Positions 20,827 to 29,966 of a stretch of DNA of 64,000 bases are shown piece after piece; within the stretch, counting starts at the first letter, position 1; each line of letters opens with the position of its first letter. Below the pieces are notes generated by a model. That model had not been told where the DNA came from. It worked only from the letters and a program-made list of their open reading frames with translations, and ran no database searches. Both the position numbers and the translations under genes were made by a program. This DNA is from Bythopirellula sp. (GTDB lineage: Bacteria; Planctomycetota; Planctomycetia; Pirellulales; Lacipirellulaceae): positions 3,136,001-3,200,000 of the forward strand of contig OZ244170.1 in assembly GCA_965216565.1 (NCBI GenBank), given 5' to 3'.

Positions 20827-21013
20827 CAGATGGCAATTTTTGAATTTCGACAATCGAAGGTTAGGTATTGAGAAGTTGAGGTACGGAACCGTCGCCACTG
20901 GCAATTGCTCTAAATCAAATCTCTTCAGCGGCTTAGCGATTCGAAATGGGTGAGAGAGGCCTTGAAGCCTGCACTGGCAAGCTTAAATCGAGCGGCTCGC
21001 CCTGAATCGAGCT

Positions 21014-21077
21014 GTGCGCATCTAGTGGAAATAATTACGCAGATTCGCTTTGAGCTCTTCCACCAAGCGGCTAGCAT
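21014..21077 (+). promoter_or_regulatory. Candidate activator site plus -10 for the PEP-CTERM/DUF1559 operon
   Basis: GTGCGCATCTAGTGGAAATAATTACGCAGAT (21014-21044), then 27 nt, then TAGCAT (21072-21077); same spacing as the anmK-side copy. Confidence 0.55.
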
Positions 21078-21166
21078 AATGGGTAATCACGGAACAGGAT
21101 CGAGTCGCGCAGCTTACAGCTTTTCTTACAAATCTCTTGGTCACTGAATCTTTGTGGAGCGAACTA

Positions 21167-22288
21167 ATGAAGATGACACTTACTCGATGCACGTCAGCAG
21201 TTCTGGCTACTTGCGTAATGGTTCTGGGATTCTCTATTTCTCAATCCCAAGCCATTGAATTGAAGGAAATTGTTCGGTTCGATGTTGATGGTGGTGCCGA
21301 CCCAAACAATGCCGGCTTTTACGGGTCGAATCCTTCCGCTGTTGCCTGGAGTGGCAACAAGCTCTACGTCGCAGGCTTCAATGGTGCGACTGCCCCCAGT
21401 GTGGGCATTACGGAGATCACTAATATCGGTGCCACTGGTTTGGTATCAGGCACACTCGGCACAAGCTTTGCCAATTTCGGAGCCCCTGGCTCGCGCGGTT
21501 ACTCTGGTTTAGATATCCTGGACGACGGTTCACTGTTGTCTGCAGCCTACGACGATGGCGCGGCAGATCCGAACGGAATTTCTGCCTACAACACCGCGGG
21601 CAACTCCAAGGTGTGGTCCAAGAGTGCTCGTGCTGGTAGCGGAGTCGGCTTCGATCCTGGCTTTAACGGCGATCCAAATGGCGCAGGCACTGGTTGGACA
21701 ACTTTTGGTAGCGGTCGTCGCGCACTGCAAGATAATGGAACCGGTGCAGACATCTTCACTACCGGCAATGGGATGATTATCAATGGTGCCGGTACAGGAA
21801 CGTTTTGGCGAGACATGGAATTCGAGTCCAACGGCGACATTTGGCTTCGCGAGGGCAATAACGTCATCACTGCCACTCGAACCGGCAACAACAGCGTCAA
21901 TACTGCGACACTTGTTGTCGATGAACCGGAAGCCGATTTCACCAACATTCAGAATATTGCTTATATGGAAGGCGCCCTCGGCGGCGACTTTGTGATCTAC
22001 AACGACCGAACTGGCTCTGGCCCAGGCCAGGTCTTTACCGACGTTATCAAGGCGATTCAACCCGATGGCACGCCTGAGCCAATTGCATTGAATCTATTGG
22101 CTCCAGTCGGCACCGGTGCGGGAGCTTACGACTTTAGTTGGTCGAACAATGCCAGCACGCTGGCCATTGTCGACTTTTCGAATCGTAACGTTCACATTTT
22201 TGAAGTTGTGCCTGAACCTCACGCAGCCTTGCTGCTTATAGCGGGTACCACTGGACTAGTTTCGCTGGGCCGCCGTCGGCGCTCTTAG
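21167..22288 (+). CDS. PEP-CTERM surface protein, unrecognised Gly/Asn/Asp-rich domain
   Basis: GGAG SD before ATG 21167, signal peptide, 'VPEPHAALLL..GRRRRS'; paralog of the next gene. Confidence 0.8.
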   Translation: MKMTLTRCTSAVLATCVMVLGFSISQSQAIELKEIVRFDVDGGADPNNAGFYGSNPSAVAWSGNKLYVAGFNGATAPSVGITEITNIGATGLVSGTLGTSFANFGAPGSRGYSGLDILDDGSLLSAAYDDGAADPNGISAYNTAGNSKVWSKSARAGSGVGFDPGFNGDPNGAGTGWTTFGSGRRALQDNGTGADIFTTGNGMIINGAGTGTFWRDMEFESNGDIWLREGNNVITATRTGNNSVNTATLVVDEPEADFTNIQNIAYMEGALGGDFVIYNDRTGSGPGQVFTDVIKAIQPDGTPEPIALNLLAPVGTGAGAYDFSWSNNASTLAIVDFSNRNVHIFEVVPEPHAALLLIAGTTGLVSLGRRRRS

Positions 22289-22322
22289 CAAAACTTACAG
22301 TTCAGAAAGGACAAGACACTTA

Positions 22323-22359
22323 AGGGCCACCGTCGGAGATTCCGTAGGTGGCCCTCTTT
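22323..22359 (+). terminator. Intergenic stem-loop (terminator or processing signal)
   Basis: AGGGCCACC...GGTGGCCCT 9-bp stem with inner CGGA/TCCG, followed by only a short CTTT tract. Confidence 0.5.
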
Positions 22360-22387
22360 ACTCAGTACTCAGAGAAAGAGATTCGCA

Positions 22388-23830
22388 ATGAGAAAATCAT
22401 CAACGACTAGAAATAGAGGCAGGGCGATCGCACGATCCACAATTGCCATCCTGTTGGCGACGCTATTTGCTGCTTCCGAGACCCTGGCGGTCAATTTTGT
22501 AGAAGTCTCTCGATTCAATATCGATGATACTGCTACCGACCCAAATGCTCCCGATCCGCACGATATTGGTAGCAATCCAATCGCAGTGGCCTGGAGTGGA
22601 AGCCAACTCTACGTGGCGGGCTTCAATAACTCGGGATCAGCGGCAAGTGTTGCCGTTGTCGAAGTGCTAAACGCAACCACTACCGGTGTTGTCGGAGACC
22701 CCAACTTTAGTTCTCCTCTAGGAGGCACCGTCGGCACATTTGACAGCAGCGTGATCCAGTCGACTCCCAATTCTCGAGGTTACACAGGGCTAGACATTAG
22801 TGCAGACGGAAGCTCTCTGCTGGCGACTTTCGATTTTGGTGTGGCAGATCCCCAAGCCTTGCAAGTGTTCAATACTTCCGATGGTTCGCAGCGTTGGCGA
22901 GTGGGTGTGGACCTTACCGATCCCGCCAATTTCCGTGGCATCAGCGGCGGCTCTTTCGACCCCGACTTCAATGGAGCTGGAGGCGCTAGTTCTGGTACCG
23001 CGGTCGGACAACTTGGTTCGGGACGTCGGCATCTATACAACACGACAACCGGAGCTGAGATTCATGGTGGCAGTGGTAGTGCCGATCCTGGATTTATCTG
23101 GGTTCCCGCCGGCGGTCCAACGATAACTCGCGATATGGACTTCGATCCAGATACGGGCGACGTGTACGTGCGTCACAACAATCGAGTAAGTACAACCGAA
23201 CGAACCGGTGCAAACACCTCGACCAACCAAAAACAGATCTTCGATCCTAACGGAGGCGATTTTGTCCTCGGCCAGAATATTAGTTTTCTAAGCAACACTA
23301 CCGATGGCGACCTGTTGATTTTCAACAATCGCGATAATGCTGGCCCCGGTCAAACATTCGTCGATTCAATCCTTGTGACAGACCCCAATGGCGTTTCTGT
23401 CTCAAGCACATTTGCTTTTCAGTCTGGGTTCACCCCGGCTGATGGCTCGGCTCTGTATGATTTCGACTTTGATCCCGTGAGCCAAACTCTAGCCGTCCTA
23501 GACTTTACCAATCGCAACGTTCACATCTTCGAAGTTGGGACCGCTTTGCCGGATGACGCAGACTTCGACGACGATGGAGTTGTTACCGGCTTGGATTTCT
23601 TGATCTGGCAGGCGAATCAACCCAACACTAGCGGCACTGCTACGAATGCTGAGGGGGATGCAACGGGCGACGGAAATGTCGGCAGCGCTGACTTGGCTGC
23701 GTGGGAAGCGCAATATGGTGCAGCCCCTCCGCTATCGGGTAGCATCGGAGCTGTTCCCGAGCCTTCGACGATTTCCTTGTTGCTGTTGGGTACCATTTGT
23801 ACGTTTACTAGAAAGCGGCGCATGAGCTGA
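22388..23830 (+). CDS. PEP-CTERM surface protein, paralog of 21167..22288, with dockerin-like motif
   Basis: Shared blocks 'GSNP.AVAWSG..LYVAGFN', 'SRGY.GLDI', 'GSGRR', 'RDM.F', 'DF.NRNVHIFEV'; 'DFDDDGVVTGLDFLIWQ'; 'VPEPSTI'. Confidence 0.8.
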   Translation: MRKSSTTRNRGRAIARSTIAILLATLFAASETLAVNFVEVSRFNIDDTATDPNAPDPHDIGSNPIAVAWSGSQLYVAGFNNSGSAASVAVVEVLNATTTGVVGDPNFSSPLGGTVGTFDSSVIQSTPNSRGYTGLDISADGSSLLATFDFGVADPQALQVFNTSDGSQRWRVGVDLTDPANFRGISGGSFDPDFNGAGGASSGTAVGQLGSGRRHLYNTTTGAEIHGGSGSADPGFIWVPAGGPTITRDMDFDPDTGDVYVRHNNRVSTTERTGANTSTNQKQIFDPNGGDFVLGQNISFLSNTTDGDLLIFNNRDNAGPGQTFVDSILVTDPNGVSVSSTFAFQSGFTPADGSALYDFDFDPVSQTLAVLDFTNRNVHIFEVGTALPDDADFDDDGVVTGLDFLIWQANQPNTSGTATNAEGDATGDGNVGSADLAAWEAQYGAAPPLSGSIGAVPEPSTISLLLLGTICTFTRKRRMS

Positions 23831-23970
23831 GCTCAAGTCCGCTGCGGCAGTGCCCCGATGGGCAGCGAGGCACTGCCGTGTATTGTTATCTGCTCAGAGA
23901 CATACTCGACCTCGATCGCCTGAGTTCCAGTCACTTCAGGCCAATGGAAACTCGAATAGGAGAGTTGACC

Positions 23971-24981
23971 GTGATTTCCGTCATTCGCAAACCACAAAAG
24001 AAGAATGGATTCACACTGGTCGAGTTGCTAGTCGTGATTGCGATTATTGGTGTGCTCGTTTCGCTACTGCTACCCGCAGTGCAGGCCGCTCGCGAAGCGG
24101 CGAGGCGGATCCAGTGCAGCAACAACCTCCGACAACAGGGACTGGGCATCCAGAACTATACCTCGTCCAACAAAGAGCTCCCACTTGGCTATGGTCGTAC
24201 GCTCGAGGCGGCGCAAGATCCCAAGCGGAACTTTGTGAAAGAGGGGCTATTCACAGACATCTTGCCCTTCATGGAACAAGGCAACGTTCACGATCAAATT
24301 CTATTCCAGTACTACAAGCCGGGGACCAGCGTGGCCTATCACGAGGACCCAGCGAAGAACACTGTAATTCCGTCCTACATTTGTCCGAATTGGCCCGATG
24401 AAAAGGTGATTACAGACGTTCCTCCTGGATTCGAATATCAGCTGGGGGCCGTGAACAACTATGCGGGCTCGGGGGGTGCCGCCCAAGGGGCCGGTGAAAC
24501 CTTAGTGCCATCGGCATTTGGGCCAGTCCCAGACAACGGTGCGTTTGCCATTGAACAGGTTCCGTTGACTGGCTCGGGGGGAATCCGAGGGACGCCGATG
24601 GCGGTGATTGGACGTGCGAGGAAACTGTCCGAAATAGTAGATGGACAAAGCAACTCGTTTGCCATTGGCGAATATGTGCACCGCAACTGTGAGTTCGGCA
24701 CACTTACCGAACCTGCCCCAGGCAATGTCCGTCCCTGGTACTTGTCTGGCTTTGGTGATGCCCCTTACGCGTTTAAGGTCTTAGAGAATTCGCCAAACAT
24801 TTGCGTGACGCGATCGGACATAGCATTCAATTACTTGCCGATGGGTAGCTTCCATCCAGGACTCGTGCAGTTTGCATTTGTCGATGGCAGCGTACACGTG
24901 ATTTCCGATGACATTGAGCTAGATGTTTATAAAGCCTTGGCAACAGTGAATGGTGAAGAGATTGTTGATCTCTCCTTCTGA
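23971..24981 (+). CDS. DUF1559 prepilin-type N-terminal cleavage/methylation protein with H-X9-DG motif
   Basis: 'GFTLVELLVVIAIIGVLVSLLLPAVQAAREAARR.QC.NNL', 'SFHPGLVQFAFVDGSV'; GTG start at 23971 has a GGAGAG SD. Confidence 0.92.
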   Translation: MISVIRKPQKKNGFTLVELLVVIAIIGVLVSLLLPAVQAAREAARRIQCSNNLRQQGLGIQNYTSSNKELPLGYGRTLEAAQDPKRNFVKEGLFTDILPFMEQGNVHDQILFQYYKPGTSVAYHEDPAKNTVIPSYICPNWPDEKVITDVPPGFEYQLGAVNNYAGSGGAAQGAGETLVPSAFGPVPDNGAFAIEQVPLTGSGGIRGTPMAVIGRARKLSEIVDGQSNSFAIGEYVHRNCEFGTLTEPAPGNVRPWYLSGFGDAPYAFKVLENSPNICVTRSDIAFNYLPMGSFHPGLVQFAFVDGSVHVISDDIELDVYKALATVNGEEIVDLSF

Positions 24982-25063
24982 TCCAGTAGTTGCGATCGAA
25001 TCAAATATTCTTAGAAACAGCGACTAAGAATTCAGCTTCAAATCCTATATAATTGTAGGTGGC

Positions 25064-25564
25064 ATGAACGAGGATCTGTGGATGACAAAACCTGTTGCCG
25101 GCAATCACCCTAGGCATGGAATGCTAGGCTGTGGTGAAAACTACAGAGGCAAAGGCTTAGTACTCTGCTCGCTGCTCGGCTTGATGCTTCTCTGTGGCTG
25201 CGACAAAGGGCCCGTCGTGGTGCCAGTCACTGGCAAAGTTACTTATCAGGGAAAACCTCTGGAATTCGGCAGCGTGACTTTTCAGCCCCGTCAAGGTCAG
25301 CCGGCCAGGGGTGAGATTCAACCGGATGGCACTTTTTCACTTTCCTCGTACGCACCCGGCGACGGCGCGGTGATCGGAACTCACAAAGTAAGGATCGCCT
25401 GTTACACCTCGCAGAAGAAAACCGATCAACAACCTGTCGGCGAGCAATCGCTCGGCAAACTATTGATTCCAAGGAAATACACCCTGTTCGATTACAGTGG
25501 TCTCACTGCCGAGGTGAAAGCCGACGGCAACAATTCTTTCGAGTTTAACCTGACAGACGATTAA
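25064..25564 (+). CDS. DUF1559-associated small lipoprotein
   Basis: Lipobox-like 'LLCGC', 'VPVTGKVTYQGKPL..G.V.F.P', 'GAVIG.HKV.I', 'IP.KY...SGLTAEV...N.FEFNL'; true start uncertain. Confidence 0.75.
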   Translation: MNEDLWMTKPVAGNHPRHGMLGCGENYRGKGLVLCSLLGLMLLCGCDKGPVVVPVTGKVTYQGKPLEFGSVTFQPRQGQPARGEIQPDGTFSLSSYAPGDGAVIGTHKVRIACYTSQKKTDQQPVGEQSLGKLLIPRKYTLFDYSGLTAEVKADGNNSFEFNLTDD

Positions 25565-26754
25565 TGCTCCGTAGGGATCATCTCGCAAACGAACACCGGC
25601 AGATGAAATTCAACAGGCGTGGCCCGTATCTGTTTCTCTTGAAGCAAACGATTCTGCTCTGCCCTGTCCTACTCACATCAGCAGTGTTGGGAGCAGAGCC
25701 ACCTGCCCGGCAACCGGTTCGGGGAGTTTGGGTGGCCAATGTTGCCTCTTCCGCACTTTCGAGCCCCCAGGCCATCCGGGATTTCGTAAATTTAGCGCAC
25801 AGCTGCCATCTAAATACACTATATGTTGTGTGCTGGAATCGCGGTCACACAACATATCCGAGCGAGGTGATGCAGCGTCACTTTGGGAAGAAGTGCGATC
25901 CACGCTATGCCGACTTCGATATGCTCGCCGAGATTACGTCAGCGGCTCACGCAAAGCAGATTCGCGTGATTGCTTGGTTCGAGTTCGGCTTTTCCTGCTC
26001 TTACGGAAGACCCGACGGCGGCCATATCATCCAAAAATATCCACACTGGGCAGCACGTAACAAGGATGGAAAGCTGGCTTCGAAGAACAATTTCCAATGG
26101 ATGAACGCTTTCCATCCCGAAGTGCAGGATTTCATGCTTTCTCTCGTCAAGGAAGTTGTCGAGAAATACCCCGTCGACGGCATCCAAGGCGACGACCGCC
26201 TGCCGGCCTGCCCTAGCCTGGCAGGATATGATGAATGGACCCTCGACTTCTATTCCAAAGAACACCAGGGCCGCACTCCTCCGGAAGATCATTTCGACAA
26301 GGATTGGGTCAACTGGCGAGCAGGCCTACTTAACGATTTCGCCAAGCGGATGCATTCTGAGTTGAAAGCAATCTCATCAGACATCGTAATCTCCGCGGCA
26401 CCCAGCATCTTTCCCTGGAGCAAAGAGCAGTACCTTCAAGATTGGCCAACCTGGCTAGAACAAGGTTGGGTTGACGAGGTATGCCCGCAAGTCTATCGCG
26501 ACAATGTCGAGAGCTACCGCAAAGAAATCCAACTTATTGTTGAGAAACAAGTCTCGAGTGAAAATCAAAAGCACGTCTATCCTGGAATCTTGATCCAAAC
26601 TTCAGAGCGTGTGCATATTCGGCCTGAGACCATCAAAGATATGGTTGCCATAAATCGCAGTGCCGGTTTCTCGGGAGAAGTGTTTTTCTACGATGCGGCG
26701 CTCCGAGCCCAGCCCAGGCTTTTTCAAGAGCTTTATTCCAAGCCTCTTGAATAG
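25564..26754 (+). CDS. GHL10/DUF187 (YddW/DigH-like) secreted glycoside hydrolase
   Basis: 'VRGVWV', 'LNTLYVVCW.RG.T.YPS', 'WFEFGF', 'WMNAFHPEVQDF', 'YPVDGIQGDD', 'QDWPTW', 'PQVYR'. Confidence 0.85.
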   Translation: MLRRDHLANEHRQMKFNRRGPYLFLLKQTILLCPVLLTSAVLGAEPPARQPVRGVWVANVASSALSSPQAIRDFVNLAHSCHLNTLYVVCWNRGHTTYPSEVMQRHFGKKCDPRYADFDMLAEITSAAHAKQIRVIAWFEFGFSCSYGRPDGGHIIQKYPHWAARNKDGKLASKNNFQWMNAFHPEVQDFMLSLVKEVVEKYPVDGIQGDDRLPACPSLAGYDEWTLDFYSKEHQGRTPPEDHFDKDWVNWRAGLLNDFAKRMHSELKAISSDIVISAAPSIFPWSKEQYLQDWPTWLEQGWVDEVCPQVYRDNVESYRKEIQLIVEKQVSSENQKHVYPGILIQTSERVHIRPETIKDMVAINRSAGFSGEVFFYDAALRAQPRLFQELYSKPLE

Positions 26755-27055
26755 CCCGAGACCTAGAAGACCAATAGCCACGGACGACTATTTTTTCTGG
26801 TCCATTTCCTAGGCTGAATATGCTCCGGTAGAAGCACCTCTCCATCTACCGACATATTTCTTTGATGCGGTGCTGGCCTATCCATCTATTCTCAGCATGT
26901 TGGTGGTTGCATATTCAACGCGGCGTGATTGCCAACGTCGATTGTCACAACTACACTCCACCTAGTCCGAGCTTTGCAGTTCCTATTCCAACTTGTACAC
27001 GACCGTGAGAAGCGATCTTCGAACATTATCTCAATACATTGGATAGCGAGAAACC

Positions 27056-28654
27056 ATGAAAGCATCAGGCGTACTAATTCGCAGTTCGATCATCGCGGCC
27101 TTGGGTGGGCTTCTCTTTGGGTTTGACACGATTGTCATCTCTGGTGCGGAACAGAAATTCCAAGCCCTGTGGGATTTGGATGACACGCTGCATGGATGGG
27201 CTATGAGTTCCGCGCTATGGGGCACTGTGCTTGGAGCGCTCGCAGGCAATATCCCGACCGATCGATTCGGACGAAAAGGGACATTGCTGTGGATTGGTGT
27301 ATTCTTCTTCGTCTCTGCAGTTTGGTCTGGAATGGCCACAGACGTTTATTCGTTTATGATCGCCCGATTTATCGGGGGTGTTGGCGTGGGAGTGTCGACC
27401 GTTGCGGCCCCCCTCTACATCTCGGAGATCTCACCAGCCAGCATGCGTGGTTGGCTGGCTGGGCTTTTTCAATTCAATATCGTGTTTGGCATTCTGCTTG
27501 CCTTCATGTCGAATTCGATACTTGAGGGGACCAGCGAGAACGATTGGCGGTGGATGCTTGGTGTCGAGGCTATTCCAGCCATTGCGTACACCCTATTTAC
27601 GTTTGCGATTCCGGAGAGCCCCAGGTGGCTGATTGGCATGAAGGGACGCCGTCAGGAAGGCGGAGAGATACTTGCCAAAATCAATCCCGACTCATCTGCG
27701 GAGGAAATTGACGCGGCCGTCGAGCGAATTGTCCAGGCTGCTGAGGTAGAAGAGCAAGCAACCGGTGGCACAGTGTTCTCGTCCCGTTTGAGAACGCCCA
27801 TCCTGCTTGCTTTCCTGGTGGCTTTCTTCAATCAGCTTTCTGGTATCAACGCCATCCTCTACTTCGCACCGCGAATCTTAGGTATGGCTGGCTTGGAAGA
27901 TCCTCGCTTGGGCCAAATTGGTATCGGGTTCGTCAATCTGGTGTTTACCATGCTGGGACTTTGGCTCATCGACCGTGCTGGTCGACGCAGCCTGCTGCTG
28001 ATTGGTTCGATTGGCTATATCACTTCCTTGGCAGTCGTGGCAGCAATGTTCTTCACGAACGAGAGTTCCTTGAAAGTCGCTGGCGAGGCATTGGCACTGC
28101 AGGGTGCGGAGGAGAAACTCCAAGCCGCAGAAGACGCGGGCACAACCGGGCGAGTGTTCGATTCTATTCAAGCCAAGGCCACGGCAGCAAGAGAAGCGTT
28201 TCTCATTGCAACGGCCCAGGAAGACTACAAAGGCGAGCGATTCGATTTTAGTAAGAACGCTAGCCACGACGAAATACTAACGGCTGCCTCTCAGGCAGCT
28301 GAAGAGGCGATTGATCAGGTAGGCAACAGTAGCCTGGTTGTACTAATAGGAATCTTCGCCTTCATCGCCTCACACGCAATTGGGCAAGGTGCGGTAATCT
28401 GGGTATTGATCTCAGAAATATTCCCAAACGAACATCGCGCCGTGGGCAATTCCATCGGTTGCGGGACCCATTGGATTTTTGCCGCCTTGATCACGATGTT
28501 CTTCCCCGTGGCCATCAACAGCTTCTCGCCTGGCTATGTATTTGCCTTCTTTGCGGGGATGATGGTCTTACAACTCATCTGGGTGATCACCATGGTGCCA
28601 GAGACGAAGGGCATTTCGCTTGAAGAAATCCAGAAACAGCTTGGAATCGAATAG
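27056..28654 (+). CDS. Sugar porter family MFS transporter with a large loop insertion
   Basis: 'GGLLFGFDT.VISGA', 'DRFGRK', 'PLYISEISP..RG', 'PESPRWL', 'NQLSGINAILYFAP', 'DRAGRR', 'SEIFP', 'PETKG.SLEEI'. Confidence 0.92.
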   Translation: MKASGVLIRSSIIAALGGLLFGFDTIVISGAEQKFQALWDLDDTLHGWAMSSALWGTVLGALAGNIPTDRFGRKGTLLWIGVFFFVSAVWSGMATDVYSFMIARFIGGVGVGVSTVAAPLYISEISPASMRGWLAGLFQFNIVFGILLAFMSNSILEGTSENDWRWMLGVEAIPAIAYTLFTFAIPESPRWLIGMKGRRQEGGEILAKINPDSSAEEIDAAVERIVQAAEVEEQATGGTVFSSRLRTPILLAFLVAFFNQLSGINAILYFAPRILGMAGLEDPRLGQIGIGFVNLVFTMLGLWLIDRAGRRSLLLIGSIGYITSLAVVAAMFFTNESSLKVAGEALALQGAEEKLQAAEDAGTTGRVFDSIQAKATAAREAFLIATAQEDYKGERFDFSKNASHDEILTAASQAAEEAIDQVGNSSLVVLIGIFAFIASHAIGQGAVIWVLISEIFPNEHRAVGNSIGCGTHWIFAALITMFFPVAINSFSPGYVFAFFAGMMVLQLIWVITMVPETKGISLEEIQKQLGIE

Positions 28655-28704
28655 AAGATTTCGGCACTAAATGACAGTGCAACCAATTGTTGGATAGCGA
28701 ACCA

Positions 28705-29760
28705 CTACTCTTGCTTCATAGCCCAAGCCAAGGCTCCGATGACCGGTGCCGAATCGCCGCAAACGCTAAATTCAAGTCGATCTAGATTCCGGAAACCGTC
28801 GAGGGCGTATTCATGGTACGCCTCCTCGGCAATCTTTTTGTACCTGTCACGGACGTCTGGGGCCAAATCGCAAACGCCACCACCGATTACCAGGCGGTCG
28901 TAATCCCCCAGGTAGTTGGCATTCAGCAGAGTGATGCCCAGTGCCCGAGCCTGGTCGTCGAAAAGCTGCGTGGCAAGCGCGTCGCCATCGGCCGCCAATT
29001 CGCGTAGTCGCTTCGCTTTGTCTTTGATGGTTCCTTCGGCTGAATTCAGCGGATTGTCTTTCCATTCGTCGAGTGACAACCGATACTCAAGCTGATGGGC
29101 AAGTGCAGTCAGTGAAATCGCCGACTCGGCGGCAGCATAGGTATTGCCGACTTTTAGCTTCCGGTCGTGGGCATGTCGAAATGCGAATTCAGGCAGCAAA
29201 ATGTGGCCAATATGCCCCGCACGTCCCTCACGTCCACGAATGGGCTCGCCACCCATCACTGCGCCCCCGCCCAATCCTGTCCCAACGATCACCATGAACA
29301 GTGAGTTCAAATCTTCATTAGGCAGAGAATCAGTAGGGACATCATCCCAAGAAATGAGCCGCCTCCGAACCACATACTCCCCCAAAGCGGCCGCCTGCCC
29401 ATCGCCGAGGTAGCGGACGTTCAACTTAGGGGCGTGCTCTTGCAGCGCACTCTCTAGTTCTGCACGGATCGGAAATTGATCCCAAAACTCTGGGTTCAAG
29501 TTCGGCGTCATATGCAATACGCCGTCGTGAGACGCGGGCCCCGGCGTTGCCAGCCCCACGGTGGGTACATCGTCTAGCGATGCGCCAAGCCCCTCTATCT
29601 GAGCAATAATTTGCTGAACGATGGCTTCGATAACCGGCGCCGGGCCCTGATCGGGCGAAGTGGGAAACTGATCGGAAACCGATTGCACGCAGTGGTGCTC
29701 ATCACCAATAGCGAGCGTGCTGGTCGTTCCGCCGATATCGACACCAATGAAATGCGGCAT
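28705..29760 (-). CDS. ROK family sugar kinase (divergent, no Cys/Zn motif)
   Basis: 'IGVDIGGT', 'GLATPGP', 'DGQAAALGE', 'VGTGLGGG', 'AGHIGH', 'VIGGGV', 'APVIGA'. Confidence 0.8.
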   Translation of the reverse strand: MPHFIGVDIGGTTSTLAIGDEHHCVQSVSDQFPTSPDQGPAPVIEAIVQQIIAQIEGLGASLDDVPTVGLATPGPASHDGVLHMTPNLNPEFWDQFPIRAELESALQEHAPKLNVRYLGDGQAAALGEYVVRRRLISWDDVPTDSLPNEDLNSLFMVIVGTGLGGGAVMGGEPIRGREGRAGHIGHILLPEFAFRHAHDRKLKVGNTYAAAESAISLTALAHQLEYRLSLDEWKDNPLNSAEGTIKDKAKRLRELAADGDALATQLFDDQARALGITLLNANYLGDYDRLVIGGGVCDLAPDVRDRYKKIAEEAYHEYALDGFRNLDRLEFSVCGDSAPVIGALAWAMKQE

Positions 29761-29966
29761 TGAGCCTCCTAAAACAATGTGGAAAAGACGATTATGGAAA
29801 AAATCGCCGCAGCGTGCCAGAGGCGCGCGACCAAATAGATAGAATCCGCCAACTACTGTTGAACAACAGACGGCATTTCGAGTCGATAGAGAGAGTTATC
29901 AGATCTCAGTTTTTCTAAACAGTCGAATAGCAACCAAGAACCTATTTGGCTCAGCTACTCACTGAC

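Noticed and set aside
29780..29812. Partial match to the shared operator motif (ATTATGGAAAAAATCGCCGC) upstream of the ROK gene
   Set aside because: Wrong orientation for the ROK gene, and the CGC spacing is not preserved.
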